A stretch of DNA of 64,000 nt, taken from Saccostrea echinata (lineage: Eukaryota). The stretch lies in NCBI RefSeq assembly GCF_033153115.1, contig NW_026889803.1, positions 33,294,001-33,358,000 of the forward strand, in the 5' to 3' direction. The notes under the pieces were generated by a model. It was not told the DNA's origin and did not search any database. It saw nothing but the letters and a program-made list of their open reading frames with translations. The position numbers were made by a program, and so were the translations under genes. How positions within the stretch are numbered: position 1 is the first letter of the stretch; every line of letters starts with the position of its first letter. Positions 40,201-52,200 of the stretch are shown here, piece after piece.

Positions 40201-43200
40201 ACCACACATATTTTTTTTATTTGGCCTAATAATATTCCATACATGATTGAGCTGTCACCTGATGAACCTTTAATTCTTTTCTATTTTTTATATGCTTTAT
40301 ATGTATATGAATTATAAGAGTAAATGTAAGTCCAAAAACTTATTTTGTGACATCAATTTCATACCTGTATTTGAGTTGCCTTTTTGAGGATATACCAGGT
40401 AGATTATTCAAAGTCGATGTACATGTAGTCTTACATGCTGCAGTTCTCTTGTACTTTAGCTATAAAATAAATTTTAATGTATACAATTGTGTAAGATGAA
40501 AGAATATTTCAAACACTGAAACAGACTGAAACCTTAACAGACCAAAACTTTAACCAAAATATCCTCTATAACATGCTCTCTGAACTGAAGAGTATGGTCA
40601 TATAATTATTGCAGTCATATGAATTTTGTTCAATGATAAATGCAGAGAGAATTTGCAGAATATATAAAGAAAGTCTTATCGTTGGGAAATAAGCAGGTCC
40701 AGTACAATCTCTTAATTTAGCTATATAGCTTGAAATTATAGCTATATAGCTTTATTAAGCTATTCAAAATAGCTTAATTTAGCTATTTATATGCAGTTTT
40801 TCACAAAAATTATTTTGGTAAGAAATAGACAAAAAGTCGCATGTATTTGACCATTCATATATGTGCTATGGGCTATCGAAACAACAAGCAAAATCAAAGA
40901 TATCTCCAACTTTGCAACTTTTGAATACTTTTAAGCAAAAGATAAATTTCTATTATTTGAGTAACTGTCCACTACCTTGTGTGCATTGAGGCATGGATAA
41001 GTATGATTGCTTCTCATTGTACTGAATTATTACCAATCAATTATCTTCTTGACCATAATTGGCCTCCTTTATAATTTCATTGAAGAAGTAACTGTATCAA
41101 TTGCGCATGTAGCCTAAAAACTTTTAGAACTTTGAGTACAAAGTCTCTTTTGTTTCTATTTTCCTAATTATCTCCCCTTGTTTAAGGGTCACAACCCTAG
41201 TTTTAGTATAAATGGAAGCCCTTGGCCCAAGGATACCCTGTGACAAATTTGACAATAATTGGCCAAAGGGTTCTTGAGTTATGGCCCATATTCTAAAAAT
41301 TTTACGCACACCGCACAAATGGCCATAGCATTAGCTCTTTGGGCCTTTGGCTCAGAAGAGCTAAAAATGAACCTCTTGCATTGAATTTTGGTTGATATTT
41401 TTTACTGTTTTTTTATGAACAATGTACAGTATTTTCACCCAAATTCCAGTATTTTGAGGACTGCTGTACAGTATTTGGGCCTAAAAATTATTACATGAAT
41501 GCAAGGAGATTTTAATGAGTGAGTTTTATAATGCATCAATTTCAGATGAGTTCAAGGTTGAGTATCATCACTGCACCAAGGTGCGACTTTTTGTGCATGC
41601 TGAGAAAAGTACACATTTAAGAAAAACTGATATAAAATAGCTAAATTAAGCTATTCTGAATATAGTTAGAATAATCTAACTGTGTCTCGGGACAAGCCCT
41701 CACCACAGTTAGAATACCTCCCATATACTTGCAATGTAGCAAATCAGAGTGGATCCACTCCGAAATGATTTTGAAGAATACAAAAGGAGTTGCATTGAAA
41801 ATAACTACCAAATTAATCATAACAAACATTTTTGAGATTGTATATGCCTTTTAACCTACAAATAAATCCATATATATACGAAAATTCAACTCATTTTCTC
41901 AACGTTTTTTCCTCGCTTCAAATTTAACGCCATGTTGACATTCGGAACTCTCTGGATTCTTCATACAAAATGCAGAGAATTCGAGTTATTGCCCGTGTTT
42001 ATTTTGCTACATTGCGAATACACAGAACAAATTCTATCGTTAAACCGGGTCCATAGGACAATATCATTTTAACGATAGAACGTTCTATCTATTCTGAATA
42101 GCTTAATAAAGCTATATAGCTAAATCAAAAGATTGTACTGGACCTGATAAGTGCTTTCAAACATTGAATACTTATAAAACTAGACCCACTGACATGCAAC
42201 AGCTTAATTTCTGTTGATAAATGAAGCGTATTCTGAACAAATTATTTACCCAAACAAAGGTGATGCTGTCACAAGATGACGTTCGTACCCATCTGACACT
42301 TACACTACTCCTCCTTAATCAGCTGGTAATAACATCATTATCCTCGAATTCAAGAAAAATCTGTTAATAAATTAGTTGTAATGATGATAACAAAACTATT
42401 CTAATCAGATACAAATGTATAATATAAGACTTCTATTTCACCAAAGAATACCCAAGAAACAGGTGACATTCTCTGACTTGTTTACCTGTACTTCGATCGA
42501 AATTCTCCTCCTACTTGCTCGCACCCAAGCTTTTATGACACTCAATTTATCCATCGTAAGTCAGAGAACCCTTCGGCTTTGTACAACTGCTTAAACTTTC
42601 CTTATACGCTTTGTGTAAACCATAAACATGCATAACCCAATACACATCTTGCATCTCCATGTGTGAGGTACCCGGAAGTTAATATTATCGAAAAATCTCG
42701 CGAGTCACGTGACGAGACTTACAGACCCTAATGCAGCCCGAATTTGCTTGGTTCCAATGAAAATGTAGATAATCTTGAGGAAGGGAGCATTCATTATTTA
42801 TTGTTGTAAAAAATGCAAATAGGTGATATCACTTATTCGAATTGGTGATATCACCTATTCAAATTGAATAGGTGATATCACTTATTCGAATAGGTGATAT
42901 CACTTATTCGAATAGGTGATATCACCTATTCAGCACGAATAGGTGATATCACCTATTCGAATAGGTGATATCACCTATTCATTTCGAATAGGTGATATCA
43001 CCTATTCGAATAAGTGATATCACCTATTCGAATAAGTGATATCACCAATTCGAATAAGTGATATCACCTATTCGAATAGGTGATATCACCTATTCAATTT
43101 GAATAGGTGATATCACTTATTCGAATAGGTGATATCACCTATTCGAATAGGTGATATCACCTATTTGAATAGGTGATATCACTTTTTGGCAGTAAATACC

Positions 43201-46200
43201 AAAACGGCGCCTCATAGAAATACATACATGTATGCATAATTTTCATTTCATTGATCATGATTTAGATTATCAATAGAGAATGTTCAGTGAATGCTAAATA
43301 GCATGGAGATATTTGTTGTAGATGATATTGATAAAAAGAATAGTGTTACTAATGGAATTTCTTGCATGAAAGACTGCTCCCTTAGGAGAAAGAATTCAAA
43401 CTGAATTTCCCATCATACTAAAAATAATACATGACAATCTTCATGTACATGTAGCAAAGTCATAGCATGATCGTCATTTATAATCTGTATAGTATCTGAG
43501 GTACATAAAAACAGACATCTAGATGTATTGGCTATGTTGATGAAGTCTGGACGTAAGATAAACCACAAATTAGTTCAAATTTTTATACCTGATAAATTAG
43601 CTGCATTAGAACGAACTTGATAAGAAAGACAGGTAATACACAACATTGTACATATATATATCCATGTCATAATTTTTTTTACGTTATCAAATTTGGGGTG
43701 TGGGAAAAATGTTCCTTTCTGAGCTTAAGCACATGGCACTTAAATACTTTGACAAAAGCAGTCAAGGTTTTTAAATCTAAGTGCAAATACATAAGCTAGA
43801 TAGTGCCAAAAATTACATTCTTGTATATACCTTATTTTTGACAAAAAGAAATTGCCTCTTTTTTGTCAAAGCTAGAACTAAGTGGCACAGATCTAAAAAA
43901 AAAAAAAAAAAAAAAAAAAAATTCTCATAATGCTTTGTACACTTTTTCTGTAATCTAATCATGTCTTGCTATAATTAAACAATATATTCTATTCTGGTAT
44001 TTATATATATGATTATTACCTATATACCATTATTATAAGGGTGATGGGACAAATACTCTACAGGATCATGATCTAATATTAAAGGTAGAAATAAGTTTGT
44101 GCATTCTTTTGTTCAATGACTGTTACAATTATCATATACTTGAAAACAAATTAAAAAGTCTCTGTGTCTATCTGAGAGAGAAAAAAATCAATAAATCTGA
44201 CGCATTATTCATTACTCTGTATTATATCACATGAAGTCTGATTCACTTTTCTGTCAAGTTTTTATAATTATTTTCTTTATGTATGATGTTTAAATACTTG
44301 CTTACCTCATAATAACTTTTTTCTTCATTTTCTAGTTTTAGTGAGAGTTACTTTACAGTCAAAGGGGCGGCACTAATTCTGCCACAGAATGAACAAGAGT
44401 CAGGATATGCTTCCAAGCGGATAACAAAGAACTGCGACAGTAAGACTTAAAATTGTATTAAAAATCTTAATTATAGTAATTTTTTTCCTTCTTGACATTT
44501 TAATTAAAGTCACAGGTTTCTTTCATGAAAAAAAGTAGAGACTTGGTTTGATATTACTGTTCAAAATAAATGTCATTAAACTAGCTGATACAATGAATGC
44601 ATGGGAAATCTAAAAATTTAAGATTTGTTGATATAGAATTATAATTTGTTTGAATATAAAATAGCACTTCTTTTGAGCTGAAATAGACAAACTTGAATAT
44701 CTACATGTATGTTGCAAATATATGTACCATGATTAAAAAATATATAGATAAATTTATTTTCCAATTATGAGAGCTCTAGGTAAATCTTGAGGGTGTAGAC
44801 CTCTTGTTTTCTACACAATATCATATTGTCAGTGTTGACACAATGATAATTATCACTAATTAACACATGTTTGATTACAGACGAGATACAGAGTCATCTG
44901 CAGTCGATGTTTTACCTGTTAAGACCACAGGACACAATAAAAATAGTGAGTGTTGATTTCACCATAAGTCTGTCACCTTAGATGTTCAGCTGGCACCGTC
45001 TGTTACATTATAGTGGGTGTAGTCTAGGGCATTGAAACCTTGTCATATTTTTCATAAACGCTAGGCACTTTTACTAACCATACATTTTGTGTGCTTGTGC
45101 AAGTAAACAAGTTATACATGTATTTTCATAATGAATATATGCATTTTCAAAAAGAGTGAACAATTAATATGTATTTCAAGATATTACAGTATGTCATCCA
45201 TTTAATGATTTGGTGAATGGCTTTGACAACATGAAATATGTTTGGATTAATTATAATTTTAAATGTTTGTAACATAGATTATTCATTTTACAGATACATG
45301 TTAAAAAAAGATAAAGTGACTGTGTAATATTGTTGAAGTCAAATCTAGCGTATTTATTTCTTAACATAGATTTATAGTACCGGTACTTACTCCTTTGGTC
45401 TCACCTAACTGATGAAGCTTGAAAATAAAGTATATGTAATTAATTAATTCATCAGGACCAAGTAGCTAATAGCTAGAAATTGAATATCCTAATCACATTG
45501 TAGGCTGTGAGACTGGAAACTACGAATCCCACTGGTAACCCACGGTACATGGCGGTGGTGTCATGTGTGGGTCGCCAGGACGAGGAGGAGTCGGTGATAT
45601 TGGGGATTGACTGTCAGGAGAAAGCCACCATAGGGCTGGTATACCCCATCTTCTCTGACACCTCCATCAAACTCGATGGCGATGGGTAGGTTTACTGACT
45701 TTGGTCCTTTGTATTTTCGCTTTTATTTTCACATTTTTTCAACTCATTATCACATTTAATTCTCATGTGTCAGCTGGTACTTGTTCACATTATTATTAAC
45801 ATTGTATTACATATTGGGTTAACATAAGTCTTTTGGTATAAAAATTGGAACACAGTGTGCATACAAATCAAAGGGGACAGATAAACTTGTTTTTGGGGAG
45901 AGGATACTTCTTTTTTTTTATACTTAAGTGCCAGCTACATCAATGTCATCTATAAATGCGGTTAATGTCAGGACATATATTTAATGTGTTAATGTCAGTA
46001 CATTTATTTGATGTGATTTTCTTCTTTTCCTTTATAGTGGTTTTATTGTGTCCTCAGATGGCAAGCTACATGTCTTCAAACCGGTGTCTGTGCAGGCCAT
46101 GTGGTAAGAAACTCGTACTGTACACAGAATAGGTAGAGTGTACAGGCAATGTGGTAAGAAACTCGTACTGTACACAGAATAGGTAGAGTGTACAGGCCAT

Positions 46201-49200
46201 GTGGTAAGAAACTCGTACTGTACACAGAATAGGTAGAGTGTACAGGCAATGTGGTAAATAAACTTATACTATACCCAGAATAGGTAGAATCTGTATAGGC
46301 CCCATAGTAATAAACTCATACTCAACAAATAATAGTAAGAGTGTTCAGGCAATGTGGTAAGAAACTTGATTGTACACAGAATAGGTAGAAAAAAGTTACT
46401 TAATATTCATTTCACAACAGAAGGAGAATTTTGTAGCTGAACTCTTTAGATAAATTTATTAAAGTTAAAACCTGAATGTTTGATATTCTTCGTTATCAGT
46501 CTTTAGATTTTGCAATGTACACATGCAGTTATCATGAAAATGACATAAATGCAGGGTTTTGATGGTTTCAGGTCAGCTTTACAGAGTCTCAATAAGATTG
46601 TTAAAATGGCTCGTGACAATCGCCACATTCCTGCAGGCTTGTCACATACTTGGACAGGGTATTATGAATCTTCTAGTCTAAGATCCAGTCTCACCCAAAT
46701 CACAGAATGGTGAGATTTCGTTGATTTTTGCATTCATTCAACTTTTTATTTACTTTTCAATTGACAACATTTTTATATGTAAAGGATATTAACTTCATTT
46801 TTTCCAGCTTTTTATCTATTATTTGAAGTGTTCTCAAATCTATGTAAATTTCTAGAATGGGCTACCTGTACAGAAATGTCACATTTTTGTGATAAAATAC
46901 ATCCAAACAAACACTTTTTGTACTTTTAAGAACGATGTTAGATCAGATAGATGGCATATGTATTTCTTTCATGTCCTTTCAGGCACACTAATGAAGATGT
47001 AGAGTTTTTCAAGTCAATGCCAGTTTTTGTTGAAACTGATGAGTAAGTATTCCATAAATACATATACGGTAAATTTCATTTTTTTCTATTATCATAGATG
47101 AAAATCTTGTAAAAGGTTCAAGAAATATGTATTTTCTCCACAATTTTTCAGCTGATCTGAGTTTGATATGTGTAATCTACATGCATGTGTATATCTGTAA
47201 CATTCTGTGATTTTAGTGAGGAGTCACAGTTTAAGAAGAGACTGAATGTAGAGCTGAAGAATGTCATGATGAGAATGGATCTAGAGGAAGCTACATGTAA
47301 AGAGGTGAGTGTAATTAGTACAAATAATTAGTATGCATAATGAAAGTACATGAGTCACAGAGGCAAGACACACAAATCACTTCAGATGTAAACCTTGCAC
47401 TACTTAAAAACTAAAGTGCTTCTAACAATACTTAGGTACGTATATTAAGTATTTATCATTGAGTTTTATGGAGTAGTTTGCAATAATTGAAAGCAAGAAG
47501 ATAAAGAGTTTCACAGAAAATAAATTTTTAAAAATGTTTATCCCAGATACGTCAAGAGCTTGAGGAAGCTATGGGGACGGATTTATCGGAGTACAAGAGT
47601 TATGTTGACCAGGAAATGATGAGGATTTTGGGACAGATGGACTCGCCAACTAAAATTGAGGACTACCTCTACCTCGGTTCAGAGTGGAATGCTTCCAACA
47701 TGGAAGAACTCCACAACAATGGGTAAATTTTACTGGTATTTTAAAGGTGTTACACTGCCTTAATGAAGCCATGATAATCATGTCACAGGAAGTCAAGTTT
47801 AGTAAGATTTCCAGACAAAAAATGGTTGAATTCTCACCTGTGAAGATTACACACTGAAGAAAGAGATTTTTTGTCATCTATAGATAAGTGGAATGTAGTT
47901 CTTGATAAATATAATGTTAAATTCATTTTTGAAATAGATTATAATGAAATATTTATAAAAAAATTCATTAAAGAAATTCATATATTGGATAAAAATCATA
48001 GAGAATCTCTTCTCTGTGCAAAACATGCATGAAAAGGAAACAGAATTCTGTACACATATGTATATAAAAGCCAGTCTATTTAACAGCACTTTCTCTGTGT
48101 TTTAGTGTGGGACACATTCTAAATGTAAGCAGAGAGATTGACAACTTTTTCCCTGGATGTTTCGTGTACCAGAACATCCGTGAATGGGATTCTGAAGAAA
48201 CGGACCTCATGAAGCACTGGGACAAAACATTTATGTTCATCAAGGAGGCTAGGTAAATCATGCTTGACAATTTATATATTTACCCCTGCAACAATGTTGT
48301 TGGGGGGTTGAACTGGAATCACAGTGTGCACCTGTCTTTTTATTTGTTTTGAACTCTGGTTAATAACAGTGTTTTGGTTGATTCCAAGCTTATCAATTTT
48401 GATTTCTATAACAAATTTGCATACATGGGAGAATGCCCCCATGGGAGGGGAAATATAAATCCTAGTCAGCAGTTCTAGTTCTTAATAAGTGTGACAGTAC
48501 ACACACTTTTTTGAAATACACATGTATATATTTCTTTGCTTATTATAAAGACCATGTACATCTGTATAGAGAATATACAGGTTAAGTTTTCCTTAGAAAG
48601 AAAGTATCTTTTCCAGGAATCGAAATTCAAAAGTTTTAGTCCATTGCAAGATGGGGATCAGCAGATCTGCATCTACTGTAAGTTTCAGTATAACTTCCCA
48701 GACAATTTTACTACTTTTATATTATTAGCACTGTCAAAGTTGATTTCACCATTAAGTTATGAAGAATAGAGCTTGTATATTCAGCCTTAACTTGTTCATA
48801 CTTAGGTGATGGCGTACCTTATGAAGGAGCATAGGATGTCGAGACAGGAAGCGTATGATTACGTAAAGGAGAAACGTAGCTGTATAATGCCAAACTCCGC
48901 CTTCTGGAAACAGCTGGAAACTTACGAAGGCATACTGCAAGCCAAGTAAGTTGTTATGTTTACAGTTACTTTTTAATGGCATTAATATTTGAAAAATCAT
49001 ATCAGTGCAATTTTAAAACAAGCACACAAGGTATGGCAAAACAGACTGAAGACAACAGTAAAATTACATTAGGTGTAACTTTTATTCAGAGCAAAGATTT
49101 ATGAAAAAGAGGTTGTGAAATAACTGGGGGTATGTATACTAAGGTATATCTCCACATTTTGGCTGTCTGGATATTGTGTTGATATTTGTTGATGATAATA

Positions 49201-52200
49201 ATAATTAAGGTACTTTTACTCCCCTTAATCTTTCCTTGACACTTAATGCACCAATTCCTTTTGTATTTTATTTTGGGAAAATTTCAACAAATAAATCCTA
49301 TTTGTTGTATGATGTCATTTGTAAACCTGTTTTATAATTTGATTTCAGCCTTCATTTTGCCAAATGGAGCATTTTGTTTCACATATAATTGATTAGTCTC
49401 AGGCTGACACTTTTTTTTTGTTCCTATACCCAATGCATCAACATAAATGTGAAAATTTTTTAAATCAGATCACCATATCTTTAATTTAGAGCATAGTGTT
49501 TCACAATACACCTCTTGATTTAATCCAATGAAATTGTTTTTAGAAATCTTTTCAAAATATAAATTTCCTTTGGCTTCATAGCATACAAGTATTTTAAGGG
49601 GATTTGAATATGAAGCCCCATAATATTTTTGATTTACAGTGTATTTTTTTTTTATTTTGATAAATGTTGATATAATAAATACTTGTATCTATTGAATAAA
49701 AAAAAAAATAAATAAAGTAAAAATTTAAAGCCTACCTTGAGTGTTTTGAGAAAAAAATATTGAAAATGATTTTTAAATGTAAACATATATATACCCATGA
49801 TTAATTTTGAAAAATTGTAGGAGAAAACTTGAGCTGTTTAAAAGCAAGTCCCAACAAGACTTACTGGATGCTTCCATGGAGGAAGATGATGTGGGCTTCA
49901 ACAGACATCATCATCATCACCTCTTCACGGAGACTGACATGACCAGGTGTCATAGTATGCCAGGTGGCCTGGATAATTCTGTATTTTATCATCCTGGTAC
50001 GTGTACTGTTCAGTGCTGTATTACAATTATAGCCGGTCAGTTGGTTCAGTCCTCAGCCAGTTGGTAAACCAATGGTTTCCAACCAATATCTTAGGAATTA
50101 GCTTGGCAGTACATGTAATCTAATTTTGGAAACATGTTGGCCATGTAAGAAGATGACTTCTATGGATTTACTGAATTATCCAATAAGGTCAAAGGTTGCA
50201 TGGATTTTGACTTAACCACATTAATATATTTCCTTCAGTATCTTGAGAACAATGAAATTAAACAATATTATGTATACGTCTAGTATATACATACATGTAA
50301 ATGGATTAGACAATGGGCAAAGTTGCTTCTTTAAGTCCTTTTCATATGAAAACCATTTGATAATCTTAAAGCTCAGTTCATAGTTGTCAAGGAACTTTTT
50401 GTTTCATAGTTGTCAAACTTCATCTTTAGTTTTTTTTTCTACTGTGCTTGCCGTATGTTTGTACATTTTTGTCACTATTCTTGATACATCTTTGTCACAA
50501 TTCTTGACAACAGTAGTTTGTGAATTACACTCCTATTCACAGATTATGAACCATGCCACATGGAACCAGATATGGAGGCTGAATCCAGAAGTGCTGACTC
50601 AGCAGAAGACTCCCTGTCTGATCATCCCTCCCCCAAACCTGAAGAAGAGGAAGCCTCAAAGAAAGATCTGGCCTACTACATAGGGGAGGAAGATGATGGT
50701 CACCAGTCGGAAGGCATGGAAGAGATAGATTGGAACAAGCCAATGTCATCTTCACTGCCAACATTCAAAATTATTAAGCCAGATGAGAGCTGGATAAGGG
50801 GAGAAGCTGAGAAAGAAGAAGAAAGTGAAGAGAAGAAGTCTGATGTGGAAGTGAAGGTCATTGCTGCTGATAATGGAGAAATGTCAAAACAGAGTCCAGA
50901 GGAGGAAGAGAAAGTGTCCAAATCCGATGATAGTGCTATGGAAACTAACAGTCCCTTTGTTCATTTGAAAGAAAACATTCCCTGGAATCCAGGGACTGTG
51001 AAAAAGACAAAAGAAAACATTGAAGGCAAAAAGACTGAACCTTTGGTAGGAGGAGAGAGCTTCATTCCTGATCAGATAATTGTGATAAAGGGTGCAGAGA
51101 ATGTTGGTGCAAAACCGGATCTGAAGCTGGATCTGGCTGGAGTTACAGTGTCAGAGAGCTCGGATTATGGTAGGGACACATGCACTCCTACATCAGAGAG
51201 TAGCAGAAATTCCGGATCTGTGTATGAAAAAGAGGAAATTCCTTTGGCACCTGGAACTGTAAAAAGAACTCTCAAGGAAATAGAGGAAAAGCATGGGTAG
51301 AGTATTTCTTTTTATGCCACCAGAACATTTATGTTTTGTATCTCATGCTAATTTGCTTATTCCAAAGTTACAGAGTAAATCAAGAGACTTATATTTTAGA
51401 TATTCTTTAGGTTGTAGTCTACATGAAGTGTATTTGGTTAATGTGCATTTTTTTCTTTTTTTTTGTGAAATAGGTTTTTGAGAAATAAGGACCTACCTCC
51501 ACTTCCACTTCAGAGATCAGAAAGTTTAAAGAGTCCCAGAGACAAGGTGAGACGTCGGCGTATGGACCGTGAACGTCGTAAGACCTGTAACCCAGTCCTA
51601 GTCAGTTCCCCCAGAAGTCCTGAGGAGGAGGTGGATTTTGAATGGAGGAGACACAGTACAGGGGAAACGTTCTCTTCCAAGCCTGGTACAGAGGAGAAAT
51701 CACCAGAAACCAAACAAGCTGTGTACAAACTGATGGGGGAAGAAATTACTGTAGAAAAGGGCATTGTGAGGAAGCAGAGAGAAGGTAAATATAAGGGAGG
51801 GCATCCTACACAGTCAGAAAACAAGTGAATAAATTTTTAATATGAGTTTAAGGTGGGGGTGGTATTTAAGTTCAATTTAGCATATAGGAATCCATTGACT
51901 GATTTTCTTGCATAGTGATATTTCATAGTTACTCAAATACTGGATAAGACTAAATGATATGTATGCTAGCAGACACTGTTCATGGCATATTTACAGGAAA
52001 ATTATATTTTATGAAACTTAAAATACATGTATAATCTATATGTACATCCATTTTTATACCCCACACAACTAGTTGCGGGGGGTATAATGTTTTTGACCCG
52101 TCAGTCAGTCAGTCAGTCAGTCAGTCCGTCATGCCTGTTTTTTTGTCAGCGCAACTCCTCCTAAACTGCTGCACAGAATTTCATCAAACTTTGCAGATAT

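Larger units (their letters stand above)
37666..40226. mobile_element. 2.56-kb PIF/Harbinger-like element (TAA TSD) nested in the large element
   Basis: taa|ggccaaacaaaaaatatgtgtggttctggttac ... gtaacgggaaccacacatatttttttttatttggcc|taa. Confidence 0.75.
33763..43216. mobile_element. 9.45-kb TIR DNA transposon with 6-bp TSD (TAT...ATA termini, IS3EU-like), palindrome-array ends and nested insertions; no transposase ORF seen
   Basis: The first 50 bp tatgaggcgccgttttggtatttactgccaaaaagtgatatcacctattc are perfectly inverted at the right end. TSD gaaata at 33757-33762 and 43217-43222. Confidence 0.85.

Noticed and set aside
34260-42800. Transposase ORF inside the large element
   Set aside because: No ORF over 100 aa, and no DDE motifs recognised by eye.
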